From positions 372,001-436,000 of the forward strand of contig BAAIJX010000001.1 in NCBI GenBank assembly GCA_054600435.1: a stretch of DNA of 64,000 nt. The letters are read 5' to 3'. Within the stretch, counting starts at the first letter, position 1. Every line of letters begins with the position of its first letter. Of the stretch, positions 47,398 to 60,037 are shown one piece after another. Origin of the DNA: Neophaeotheca triangularis. Taxonomy: Eukaryota. Made by a program: the position numbers and the translations under genes. A model generated the notes under the pieces. The model made no database searches, was not told the origin of the DNA, and worked only from the letters and a program-made list of their open reading frames with translations.

Positions 47398-47640
47398 CTA
47401 TTGTCCGTGGACTTGATCATCTCTTCGTCCATCTCTCACTCCTTGCACCACCAAGGTATCCGCTCGTATCTCCGACGGCCTGATGTTCAACCGGTACCAG
47501 ACACCACTTGGCACGCTAGGCCATATAGCAGTCATCATCAGAACTTCATCTCTGTCCTCCACATCGTGCATCTTGAGGCCGTACAGTCTGAGCAACTGAA
47601 CTTCGCCTCCGTATTCGGCTTCCAACCAATGAGCTGTGTA
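47398..47640 (-). pseudogene. Possible relic of a small fungal protein family (WLxxxYGGExxFLxxYGLxxYxxEDRxE type)
   Basis: Translation HWLEAEYGGEVQLLRLYGLKMHDVEDRDE. No in-frame ATG upstream of the motif (the ORF opens at GTG 47844). Confidence 0.35.
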
Positions 47641-47901
47641 AGCCAAGGCAACTGAGTTGTCGCAAGACGGCAATGCAGGGTCTGGGACGGCCTTCCGTTT
47701 GCTCTCGTCCTTTGTCAGAGTCGAATGGGTAGGGTTCTCTGTTTTAGCTGAGAACGCTTCGGCATTAGCAGAGGCAGGTTGCCGTGCCGGAATCTTGAAT
47801 CTACAATTTTCTGCCCAAGGCGGTGAGCACCCGCTTCTTTCCACAAATCTTTCGGTTGTTGTCAGGGTAAGAGTTTGGCTGCGACATCTCTAGGGGACAC
47901 A

Positions 47902-49717
47902 ATGGGCTGGCCATATACCTTTCCAGACCTGTCCACAGCAGATAAGCTCGAGCGCCGCAAGATACTGGATCTATACGGTGCCATCGCACAAGTGTCTGTG
48001 GTGTTGCCTTTGTTGTTAACCGGGATCCTATCACTTGTAGCAAGGTGGCTTTTATCGGGACAACGGGAACACATCCAAGATGGCACCAGTTCTCCCCAAC
48101 TCAAACGGCAAAGTCGGAACCACAGACTGTCCCTTGCTAACTTGACGAGCACATGGCGCAAGTACCAGTGGTGGCTTGGGGATGACCTAGAGATTCTGCG
48201 ATACCGTCTCGGCACCAGAGGCGAAGTACTGGGAGGCGCGACGTGGACTGCATGGCTTCTAGTATGCAGCTTCTCACAGACGGGTGAAGGTTCGCATCGA
48301 TCGACTGCAGATATTTGAGCTCGGAAACTAACAGTCAACAGACTACTTCCATGTCACAAAACGTTTCGGAACCGTGGCAGCATCGCAACTTCCTTTGCAA
48401 TACCTTCTAGCGATAAAGTCTCCGTACAGTCCTCTCCAGAAGCTGACGGGTACTTCGCACGAAACTATAAATGTCGCCCACCAGATACTGAGTCGAATCG
48501 TGATCACTCTCCTCTACTGTCACGCTGCCTTGTATCTCAACTTCTACGTCCTACGGGGCTTGCTAGGCGAGAAGCTGGTGCAATTCTACATCATCTGTGG
48601 CATCGTCGGCACGATGGCCTTTACAGCCGTGGGAACGACCGCTCTCGCCCCGGTACGGCAATGGAGCTACTGTGTCTTCTATGCAACGCATGTGGTCCTG
48701 GCGACCCTCTTGCTACCACTCTTGTACCTGCATGTGAGCCATATCCACATCTACATATACGAGACAGCGGCGATATACGCGATGAATGCCGTACTTCGAA
48801 CGCTCGTTACCAAGAACCGCAATGGCACCATCAGGATCCTTCCGGATACCGACCTAGTCGAAATCAAGGTTGACGACGATAAGTCAAGTTGGACGCCGGG
48901 TCAGCACGCATACTTATCTCTCCCCGGAAACACATTGCTCCGGACGTTCCGAAGCAATCCGTTCACAGTAGCGTCCTTGCCAGCGGTGGATGGCAACCTC
49001 AAGTTTGTCGCTCGAGTACGAGATGGCAATACCGCGAAACTTGCGCGGCAGGGCAAATTCTCAGAGAACGCACAACGCATAAACTTAGAGGGACCTTACG
49101 GCATACCTTCTCACCCTGACCGACTGCTCGGCTACGATCGTGTCTTGTTTGTGGCTGGTGGAGTTGGTGGAACATTCGTCGCGCCCTTGTACAGGCAGCT
49201 ACTCTCAGACCTAAGTCCTGGCAGAGGAACGTACCGGCGACAAAAGGTCAGCTTCCTCTGGGTGGTAAGATCCATAGCGGATGTCACCTGGGCTCTGCCG
49301 GTGGAAGCCAAAGAGCGAGAAGGATTCGTTGAAAGACTGAAGGTGTGTGTGACTTCTGCTCCTGGGTTGCAAGTGCGATCTCAAGCTGTCGGAAGATCGG
49401 ACGACCATGCTACTGATATCGCCGCTGATGTTGAAGAGGGCATCGAGCTCGAGGAGCGGAAAGGGCTGCTACCAGGCGGAGAGGCAGAGGATGAAGATGC
49501 TCGCACATCTGGACCCTCTGATCTTGTTGTCCATGCTGGCCGCCCAGATATCAAACGCGTTGTCGGCGAGACAATCGAACACGACAGCAGTGAAAGAGTT
49601 GCCGTAGTTGTCTGCGGACCGATGGGGTTGAGCAAAGCACTAAGACGGGAAATACGTCCCTGGGTGATGGACAAGGGAAGGAATGTATGGTTTTGGGAAG
49701 AATCTTTTGGGCTATAG
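47902..49717 (+). CDS. Ferric reductase-like transmembrane flavocytochrome (FRE8/AIM14-like), 2 exons
   Basis: Intron ~48290-48341. Heme His residues (AHQ, CHA, THV, LHV), FAD-binding PGQHAYL...NPFTVAS, NAD-binding EGPYG, VAGGVGGTF, VVVCGP and terminal WFWEESFGL. Confidence 0.9.
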
Positions 49718-50288
49718 CACGCCGAACTCGACCGGCTGCATGCATGGGTGAGATAGGTGGGATGGTTTAAATGATTATGATTGGCTCGAACAAGAGATAC
49801 GCTAGTGCAAGGACGTTTTTCAGTTTTTGGAAGAGGCAAATCTCTCGTTTTTGGTGAAACTCGCCGGGATGTTTTGACAGGTGAAGTTCGCCAGGGGGTT
49901 CGTGGATGGGTCATGTGCGTTGCTGGTGCTCCGAGAATCTTTTTTCTAGGACACGGTCGAATTAAAAAGACTGCTCCCGGCCATATCCTAAAGAACTTCA
50001 CCTGGAGCCACTAGATGCGCAAGCTGGTAGCCAAGCTATGCATCAGAGCCATGCCCCGAGGAGTGGATTATGAAGCATCTCAAAGAACGCCGCGAAGGAC
50101 GTTTTGCTCCAGCCGGGGATCTTTTTTCGTGGGCTTTGTTGAAGTTGTCAGGGGGTGCACATTTGCTGTTATTTCCTATAAACACTTGAATTCCCGGTCC
50201 CTCTTTGCTCTTGCTTGTCCATCGCCTCTCAGTCCAGATCGAACGCTTCCCGTGGACTGTACTCCGACTGCAGTGCCAGGCTGCGAAA

Positions 50289-51566
50289 TCATCGCCCGCT
50301 CATCTTCTCAGTTACAGCGATCCTCTCAGCAATAATCCGCTTGAACTCCTTCCTGATCTCGATGGGACCAACGTGTCCGAGTCCCTCATGGAAGCTCTTC
50401 ACCACTCCCCTCTCCTCCCCGCCGAGCTCACTCAGCAACATCTCAGCATGCACAAAGTCGATCATGCGATCCCTCGTTCCGTGGAAAACCAAAATCCTCT
50501 CCCTCCCAACCTCGTCTCCCAGCTTCTCCAGTTGAGCTGCAGATTTGTGGTGGAAGCCAGCAGCGGCAAGCTGGCACAGGAAGCCTTGCCGAGTGAAGAC
50601 TCCGGGAGATTGACGCTTGCTGATCTCGCCTGCTGCAAAGCGGTCTCCATTGGTCGGGAAAGGCTGTACCGTTGATTCAGTCTCGTCGGGTCGCTCCAAC
50701 CACTCCGCACTATAGCAGTCGGCTTTCACTTTGGCAATTTGACCGTCGAGAGGCTTGGGTATCATGAGGTTGATGCGGTTGCGTAAGTTTTCAAAGTATG
50801 GCAGCGTCCTGACGATGCGAGGGGCGGTTGAGATCAGGTTTAGACTGCAGATGCGGGATGGGATGAGGAGCCCCTAAGGTTGTTAGCATTAAGTTTCTTA
50901 CTACGATGGTAAACAAGGGGTATCTTACCAATTCTTGCGCAATCATGCCACCCATGCTGATACCTTGGAGGTGGATGCTGCGATCGTCTGTCCACCCTAA
51001 GTGGTCTAGAAGCTCCACCGCGTCTTTGGCCATCTCTGAAGTTGTGTACCGCATCAAAGGCTTGCCGCTGTCACCTATGCCTCTTGCAAGTCGGAATTTC
51101 AGCCGTAGCTCTTCGTGACCATGGCTGAGGCTACGACGACTTACCGATTGTCGAAGATCAACATCGTGTACTTGTCGGCCTCCTCATGACCGAAGTCTTT
51201 AGTCTGACGCTGCCACGTTTGCATGTAACCGCCGAGGCCCATCAGCCACTGCAGAGAGTATCGTCAGCTTCTGGAATGCCTTCGCTAACCCGCATATCAA
51301 TCAGCAGTGCTATGGGACACCTTCAAGAGGCATTCCCTTGTCCAAAAACGCTCTCGCGTTGGCTTCAAACGTACAAGGAGCTTGATTGGCCCATGACCGT
51401 GAATCTCGTAGGAGAGCTTGAAAGGTCCTCCTCGGTCAGCCGCCACATCGATCTTGTCTTTTTTAGTTGGCGTGAGTTTCCAGCCAACATGAGGGAACTC
51501 CGGATGCGCCTGAATTTCTTCGGCTGTGAGCTGACTAGAGTCACAGTCAGCGACTTTCACAGCCAT
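50289..51566 (-). CDS. Alpha/beta-fold hydrolase, 4 exons
   Basis: LSYEIHGHGP, WLMGLGG, IFDNRGIGDSGKP, nucleophile GISMGG, acid HGTRD and His GLGHV. Confidence 0.9.
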
Positions 51567-52347
51567 ACGTCAGTAGGTAGCCTCTTACTTCATCTCCGTG
51601 GACCTCTTAGATTGCCTTGCGTCAATGCGAGTTGTGCCTTCCTTTATGCGTAGCCCCTCGCAGGTTTTCCGAGAGTGGTCTACCAAGCTGGAATGTATAC
51701 GAAGTTTCTGGCCTATATGTCGGTGACCCCTATATGCTCGAGAAGTTATGTAGTATAGAGTTTGATATCTTGAATAACGCCATCTTGTTTTTATTGAAGC
51801 TAAGCAATTCCACGCTACTAAATTGATTGGAAGCCGCCTAGCTTCCGAGAGCTTCCGGTTTCTCGGGCAAGTGGTCGATGCTGAGACATCGAGTCGCCCG
51901 ACGTTAATGTACCTTACCTTACTTTACCTCACCCTGCATCCTACACCTCAAAAGGCTGACGACTGGTCGCACGACAGTACTCTCGTAGACCGACGCAGAG
52001 CCCAAAGCCATCAAGTCTAATTATTGTTCATGAGTAGAACCAGCAAATTCTACGCAATAAGGTGGGCTCGTGGCCTTACCTCTTGCAAGATCATAAGATG
52101 CTGCACAAAGGGTGATATTGTGACTTGCTCGCACTGACAAGTACACGACTGTAGGCGGCGAAGCAAACTAGCCGAACTGTCTTCCGTCAGTTAGACCGAA
52201 GGGAGGAGGTTGGCTTGTCTCATGTTTTGTGACACCCTTTGCTCTCCTTGCTGGGATAGATGGCGAAGTCGATGGAAATATTAAGGTAAAGTAGGGGCGC
52301 AGATTCGGGCAACCGTCAACATCACCTGCGATCCTTAGCCATCCGAG

Positions 52348-53412
52348 ATGTTGAAAATATTTGCGCTCACAGCGACCATCAAGCTTGCCGTTTCCCACGG
52401 TGACTACGATCCACGGTCGGACCGAAGCTGGCACAGACATGAAAACCGCCAGGTAGCGGAGCTCGGCCTCGACGACTATGTCTATCAGGTCAATACCGCC
52501 CGTTTCGCTATTGGCATTATCCGCTCTGGGCAAGCAGCGATGAGCTGTGATCCGGCGAATCTCGTTGAAGTCTACAATGAGCAAGGCTACGACGGTCAAT
52601 ATGCCCAGCAACTACTCTGCGCTTCCGCTGCTGGCTTCGATCTTTTCCCAGATGTAGAAGAGGCTTTGCACGGTACCGACATTACTTTGGCTGCACTGCG
52701 TGCTCGCCGAGCGAACCCCGCTGGTACTCTGAGGGGCGTTGACTGCGATGCATTTGATGTCGACGTGCTATACCAGGCGGACTTGGATGGCGCCGCGATA
52801 CAGGATCTCGTTTGCCCCGAGTCCCCAACGGGGAGTGCGACACGATCGAGCGTGGTGCCCGCCGAGACCAACTCTAGCGTTGCCGCGAGCTCAATGACTT
52901 CAGGCACTGTGGTCAATCCAACATCGCTCGATAACTCTGCTACTCTCGAATGGGTCCAGATTGGAACAACATTTGGCAACAACACCACTGTTCAAGCAGC
53001 TCAGACCAGCACTACAGTGCCAACTTTTTCACTACAGGCCACTGCGAGCACGTCAGTCATTACCACCGCTACCGCCGCTTCGCAAACCCTCATAGGCGGC
53101 GATCCCTCGTGGACGACTACAAGCTCAGACGCCAGCCTTACAGATGGAACTGGCGAAAATTCTTCGTCTGAAAGCCGGCTGGATCCCTCGACTTTCACGT
53201 CCACGAGCGCAGAGCAGATCATTATCCCGACTAGCACCTCTGAGGCCACCCAATTCCAGACTTCCTCAGCAACAGACCTACCGGTTTCAGACCCTTCCTC
53301 AAGTCCCATTGGATCTTTCCCAAAGACGAGCTCACTTTCCGCCTCGAGCTGCATACCAGTCGTCACATCGACATCAACATTGGTCGCGATGGTCACCATG
53401 TGCGATTGCTAG
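52348..53412 (+). CDS. Probable secreted protein with two Cys-bounded repeats and a Ser/Thr-rich tail
   Basis: Signal-like N-terminus MLKIFALTATIKLAVSHG; C-terminal half strongly enriched in Ser/Thr. Confidence 0.75.
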   Translation: MLKIFALTATIKLAVSHGDYDPRSDRSWHRHENRQVAELGLDDYVYQVNTARFAIGIIRSGQAAMSCDPANLVEVYNEQGYDGQYAQQLLCASAAGFDLFPDVEEALHGTDITLAALRARRANPAGTLRGVDCDAFDVDVLYQADLDGAAIQDLVCPESPTGSATRSSVVPAETNSSVAASSMTSGTVVNPTSLDNSATLEWVQIGTTFGNNTTVQAAQTSTTVPTFSLQATASTSVITTATAASQTLIGGDPSWTTTSSDASLTDGTGENSSSESRLDPSTFTSTSAEQIIIPTSTSEATQFQTSSATDLPVSDPSSSPIGSFPKTSSLSASSCIPVVTSTSTLVAMVTMCDC

Positions 53413-54036
53413 AAAGTCTTGTCCATAACAGCAAGAATTGCGCTAGTTTGGAAGTGATTGACTGGCAGATTGAGATGTCAACCTTGGGTCAGACGTAGCT
53501 CTATAGAATGGTACTTGTCTCCCAACACGCTCTCAAGCATATCTTCAAAGCTGGGACGGCTAGCTTTTCATCCGACAAAAGCTATGCTTCTCTCACATCC
53601 AGTTGCCAAAGCAGCCTTGAATGCTGCCAGCCAATCACTACTCTCTGTTTTGTGGTGTGTTTCTCTCGCTATTACCCCGAGATCTTTGCAGCACACTTGT
53701 GTTCATTATTGCAACAGTGACATTGCACCCCTTTCCATCTGCATGTTCATCCAATCCCTCGAGCCCACCCTTTATGTATCTGAGGCTGGGGGCACCTGTG
53801 TGTGGGTGGTCGGGAGTCGGGACCGAGCACGGCCGGTCCTCCGCGCTTCTGGCCCAACGTCATGTCATCACATTCATCCGTCCACGCACGGGTGTCCGCA
53901 TCCGTGAATGAATCTTCATGCCCACTTGGTTGGTATGCGGGCTGCAGATGGCTAATGAATCGCATGGATCTTGACACCACCCCCTAGAGGTACGACCCCT
54001 GACGGATAATGTAGGCGCGATCGAAAGGTGCCCATC

Positions 54037-57000
54037 ATGAATATACCACCACCGGGTCCTGGCGACCGACTGGGTCAAATGGCACCGGCGCCTCAGTTTG
54101 TCAATGATTATCGCGCGAATCTTCCGAACCCACCACGTCCGCAAGGTCCTCTATACGGTGTCGGAACAAGCGACCCCGGTTTCCAGGAAAACACCGAGTA
54201 CGGATGGGATGATGGCGACGACGGCGCGCATACGGAGCTTGTAGAAGGCGATGGCGATGGCGACGTGAACGGAAGGGACGCGAAAAGAAGGCGAATAGCA
54301 CGAGCTTGCGATATGTGCCGAAAAAAGAAGATCAAGTGCGACGGGAAGGAGCCCAAGTGTAGCCATTGTCAGAATTACAAGACGGAATGCATCTTTACGC
54401 AAGTGGAAAAGAAGCGCAACCCACCAAAAGGCGCCAAGTACATTGAATCTCTCGAGAATCGACTCGGTCGGATGGAAAGCCTCTTGCGCCTGAGCGGCCT
54501 GCTCACAGAGGACGATGGAGGTAGGACTGACTTGGGGACACTTGAGAAACGGCTGGCGGAGCGCAGTTCTAGTGGACCACGCAGCAATGTTGCCAGTCCA
54601 CAAAGCCAGACCAGCCCAATAGCACAAGCAACCGCCCGCATGGGTGCTTCGGCAGCAGGCACACCACATGAATCCAACCATGTTCAAGCGGAGTCGCCAC
54701 CAAATAGGATCACTTCACCGGAGGGTGCGCAAAGTGGGCAGCAGCAGCAGCAGCAGCAACAACAACGACCCTATCAACAAGCGACCCAAAATCAGAGCCA
54801 GAGCCAGAGTCAGAACCAGACAAGGACCCCTGCCCAGGCCCAGGGACAAGGACGAGGACAAGATCAGAAGCGCTCCGAACATGTCGATGCGCTGGCGGAC
54901 CAGATGTGCAGCTTGATCACCAACAATTCGGGTGAGACTCGTTACATTGGCTCCTCATCCGGCTTCTCGATCTTTAGCCCCAAAGGCATTCAGTGGGTCA
55001 ATCAAAAAACAGGAGACGATTCGTTCCAGAAGATGATTGCGAGTGCAAGCGATGACGACGAAAAGTTTGACCATTGGAAACCTGAAGTATTCACGGATCT
55101 CTTTGCAAGACGCGTCTTCAAACCGCTGCCTAGTAAGCAAGAAGCCTACAGCTTGCTCAGAGATTACTTCACCAACTTCAATTGCATGTTCCCACTCTTT
55201 CATGAGCCCACCTTCATGCATCTTGTGGATAAGCAATACAACTCGGAGCCATACGAGGGCAGCGGCTGGTGGGCTTCGTTGAATGTCGTCTTTGCCATTG
55301 CGCATCGCTTGCGCGTTATGAGCAACGTCGTGAGTCGAGAGGAAGACGAACATGCATGGGGGTATCTGAAGAATGCCATGGCCGTGATGACCGAGCTCAC
55401 CATGCGGAATACCGACCTCCTCTCAGTGCAAGCTTTACTCGGTATGGCAATGTTCCTCCAAGGAACACCAAACCCACAGCCTTCCTTCTTCCTGGTCGCA
55501 GCAGCAGTCCGTTTGGCCCACTCCATAGGGCTTCACAAACGAGGCTCTGGATTTAACCTCAACGAGGTCGAGAACGAGCAACGCAAACGAGTCTTCTGGA
55601 TTGCTTATATCCAAGACAAAGATATATGCCTTCGTTCAGGCCGTCCCCCGGCTCAGGACGATGACGATCTGAACGTCGAGCTCCCTTCAGAAGACCCACC
55701 TGACAACATTGGCAACATACCTTTGGAAGGCTCGTTGGACGACAAGGGCCAAAGAAAGACGATGAACCTCTTCCGCTTGATGTGCACATTCGCGGAGATA
55801 CAGAGCCAGGTTTACAAGCGACTTTACTCTGTCAAAGCGAGCCGACAATCGGATGGTGAACTGCTCAACACGATCGGAGAGCTCGATCAAGCGCTCGAAG
55901 AATGGAAAGATGGCATACCTATTGCGTTCCGACCCGAGCATGAGATCAAAGCAAGCCACACACCCTTGATTCTCCATGTTGTCGTCTTGCACTTCGCCTA
56001 TTACAACTGCCTCACAACAATACACCGCATGAGTGTGCACCATGGGTATTGGACCAGCCGACTTAGCAACTACGCTATCCAGGGCCTGAATGCTAGACCG
56101 CTCAATCCGAGAGTATTCATGAGTGCCTCGCTGTGCGTGAACGCCGCCAGGACGAGTATCAGCCTAATCCGGTACATTCCACAGGGCGACTATGCATGCG
56201 TTTGGCTGATCATTTACTACCCCGTTTCGGCACTCGTGACGCTATTCGCCAATATCCTGCAAAACCCGCAGGATGCACGCGCTCGTTCAGATCTCAAGCT
56301 CATGAGCAGTGTCGTTGCCTTTCTGAGAATGATCGTTAACGACGCCACCGAGTCGAATAGCTCCGTTGGGCGGATGTTGTCCGTGTGCTCCGAGTTCGAA
56401 CGTATTGCTCGTGTAGTACTGGACAAAGCTGAGAGAGATCTTAAAGGTCGTGCGGGCTCGAAGAGAAAAGCGGCTGATAAGCTCGAGCGCGAGAGGGCGA
56501 AAGCGCAACAGTGGGGCAACGGTATCAGGGATATTGATGGCGACTTGAAACAAGGAAAGACACTCGAACAACTCCAGATCGAGACGCAGAGTGCGTATCG
56601 TCGACCAGTGCAGACGCCCAGTATGCGCGCTTCCCAAGCATCTAGCAATAACGGCAACAGTCCGCACAGTTGGGGAGGTAGCCAGCAGGCGGATCACAGA
56701 ACGCCCGAGGTAAAGAACGATTTGCCAGCTCCTCAGTACGGTGGGGCCAACCTGCAATCCACGTCAGGACAATGGGAAGCTCAGCCGGCCGCGTACCCGA
56801 TTCACAACGGCCATGGTGGTTATCCGGGCGACCAAAATCAGCAGTATCCACCGTTTCCCCAGCCGCAACAAAGCCTGCAACAAGATGGCTTCCACGGAAA
56901 TGCGTCTTTCACACCTCCAAATCTCCCCGATCCGCTTTCAGATTTCAACATGCAGAACTTTGCCTCTCAGGATTTCAACGCGGCCGATGGATCTTCCGGA

Positions 57001-57259
57001 GCATTTGGCACGAACAACGGTTTCAGTGGCAGCTTTCAACAACCTTTTGTGCCGCAAGATCTGTGGCAGAGTAAGTCAATGTCCTCCTGACCCGCTAGTC
57101 AATATCCTGTTAAGCTGACATCGCACAGTGCCTATGACGCTTGAGTGGGACTGGGCTGAAGGTCTAGGCATGGGAAGCCTCACTCCACAGCCGTTTCTAG
57201 ACGCGAATGGCGGGTTCATGGACAGCAACGGGCCTCCGCAGCGGAGGAACGCGCAATAG
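54037..57259 (+). CDS. atrR: Zn(II)2Cys6 transcription factor, AtrR-type (ABC-transporter/azole-response regulator), 2 coding exons
   Basis: [90 protein letters not shown] and a fungal TF middle homology region. Intron 57071-57128 joins [15 protein letters not shown]. Confidence 0.88.
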
Positions 57260-57953
57260 ATCGCATTACTGAGCGAAGAGTCCAACTTAGGGCGGCTAGA
57301 GAGGCGACATGTCATTACCCAGCAATAGGCGTTGGTGGGAATTGGTACAATTACGAAGGGACGAATAGGGCAGGCACGGCGTTTGAAGAGTACTGCTATT
57401 GCACCTGAACGAGGAGTGTCAGGGTTACGGGCTTAAAAGCGTAGGCAATGCAGTGTTGTACAATCAATAGAGCAGAGTCTGTACTTGAGCGGTTGTCTTG
57501 ATAAATTTATGTGCCGACCTTAGCGATTAATCGATCTCTAGGTAGAATGGGGGTGTTTGGAAGTTGGCAACAGCGTACGGAACGCCTTTGACCTTTCCTA
57601 AGGTACATAATCAATGTTGATAAAAGGGCAAGCCCACCTGAGGTACTTGTATCTGCTTGTTTGAGAAGATTGCGGAGGTAGTGTAGGTAGTACATGTACA
57701 TACCTTGGGTATATAGTATAGTACAGTACATTCATCAATTGCCTGCCAACACATTCATTAAGGTAACTTACTCGCTGACCGCGTCACCAAAATCTGGAGC
57801 CGAGAACGCCGTCGGCCAACGATTAAATTACCCGGTCGGTCCTGCATGCTTTGAATGCCCGCAGAGTCCTACATTTACAGCCTAGTCCTCATTTCCGTCT
57901 TCATTTGCCTTTTGATCATTGGAGCAAGCCTCAACCCAAGCCTCCGAGCCGTC

Positions 57954-59609
57954 ATGAAGCGTTTCTTCGACAAAGCCAAAGCCGTCTTTGACGACCTCGA
58001 CGGTCCTTCGGATTCCCACGCCCCCCCGCAAGCTTCACCGCAACAAGCCGTCGTCGACCAGCCTCAAAACTCCGCCATTCGAGCTCCCTCCCCGGCAGAC
58101 GTTATACGATACCGTTACCACCATGGCACTAACGTCGGGAGTGTCTTCATCATGGAGAAGTGGCTCACCAGCTCCATGTACCCAGACTCCGCCGAAGGCT
58201 CCGCCGAACGGGCAGCCGTCAAGGCGAGCGTCAAGGAAATGGGCATGGACGGGGCGAGACAGAAGTTTGAGCACTTCTGGGCGACCTACCTCAGCGACTC
58301 TGATATCGACTGGCTGAAAGATGTGGCAAAATGTAAATCACCTCCAAAATGCTTGAATTATCCAGACTAACAGCCCACAGGCACTACCATCCGTCTCCCC
58401 ATCGGCTACTTCACCCTTGGCCCAGCATACTGCCAAGGTACGCCGTTCGAAAAGTACAGCCAAGTCTATTCCAATGCCTGGGCCGCTGTCATGAACGTCG
58501 TTTCTCGTTGCCACAACCGCGGAATCGGCACTCTCATCGACCTCCACGGTCTGCCAGGCGGCGCAAACGCTCAAGAGCACTCTGGCACCAACAGCGGCAA
58601 AGCAGAGCTCTGGGGCAGCCGCAAGAACCTCGACCTCGCCACCCGATGCGTTTGCTTCATCATCCATCAAACCCGCAGCATAGAAGGCGTCGCTGGTGTC
58701 CAGATCATCAATGAAGCCGAGCACCACGCCGAAGGCATGTACGAGTGGTACGATCGTGTCATTGCCGAAGCCTCCTCAATCGACCCTACCATGCCCATCT
58801 ACGTCTCCGACGCTTGGGACCTGGGTACTGCGGCCAGCTGGTCACAACGCCACAACTCCCTCCATGCCGGCTACTGCAGCCCAGTGGTCATCGACACGCA
58901 CTACTACTGGGCCTTCACTGGTAGCGACAAGGAGAAGACACCGCAGCAAATTACGCACGAGGTGCATGGTAAGTTGCACGCTCTGGACGGCAAAGATGGT
59001 GGGGTCCTCGACCGTGGCGCTTGTCAGGCTGTTGTGGGCGAGTACTCCTGCGTCCTGACCGAAGACTCGTGGGCAAAGCGCGGCGACGTCCCGAAGGAGC
59101 AGCTCGTGCGCGACTTTGGCAACGCACAGAGCCAGCGCTACCAGAGCCGGGCTGGCGGTAGCTTCTTCTGGACCTACCGCATGGACTGGATGGAGGGCGG
59201 GGAGTGGGGGTTCAAGCAAATGACAAACCAAGGAGCTATTTGCCCGCCGTTTGCGTACACCCTCCCGGTCGGCGAGATTCAGAACCGGTTGCAACACGCG
59301 CAGTCGTCTATGGAGCAATTCAAGCAGGCGACCGTGGGCGGGCATTGTCACTGGTGGGACACCAACCATCCCGGCCAATACGAGCACTGGCGTTTTGAGC
59401 AAGGCTGGGGTGTCGGCTTTAGCGATGCCATGGCTTTCTTCGGCATGCGCGCGCAGCAGGGCAGAGACGGCGGCGACAAGATCGGCATGCTGGACTTGTG
59501 GGTGCTGAAGAGGCTGAGGGAGAGCGCGCAGGGTGGGCGCTTTGTGTGGGAGTTTGAGCAGGGTTTGAGGCAGGGCGTGCGCGACTTTTACAAGTGCGTT
59601 GGGGTGTAA
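57954..59609 (+). CDS. Glycoside hydrolase family 5 (glucan 1,3-beta-glucosidase-like), no signal peptide, 2 exons
   Basis: RYRYHHGTNVGSVFIMEKWL, TTIRLPIGYFTLG, IDLHGLPGGANAQEHSG, acid/base INEA, IDTHYYWAF, nucleophile VVGEYS and GSFFWTY. Intron ~58333-58380. Confidence 0.92.
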
Positions 59610-60037
59610 GAAACCTTGCGGAGGATACTTTACCTATTATTGCTGAGTATGCGTTATGAGATAGAAACCTAGAGTATCACGTGAACCAGATCATTATGAG
59701 GTATCATTGTACACTCACCTAATGGTGATAGCAGCTACTTGTCGTCTGTCGTGCGACCGTAGTACAATTAGCTCAGGCTTCGGCCATCAGCCCACTCTCA
59801 GAAAAGCATGCCCCTGGTTGCTACGAAGAGACACGCTCGTGCCAGGAGGCCATGGCGGACGAGGTATTGCTTCGTAACAGCAGAAGTCATGGAGTCTCAC
59901 GACAACAACGCTTGATCTCCCGCTGCCATGGGACAACACTGAGAGAGCGTGACTACCAAGCCAGCAGTGTCTCCGCATACGCTACCTCTCCCTCCGTGTG
60001 GCCAACCAGCCCAAATCCCAAGTCCCCACCGCCACCC

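Noticed and set aside
58708..58720. GH5 acid/base motif NEA instead of NEP as a sign of inactivity
   Set aside because: The catalytic Glu is retained, and so is the nucleophile (VVGEYS).
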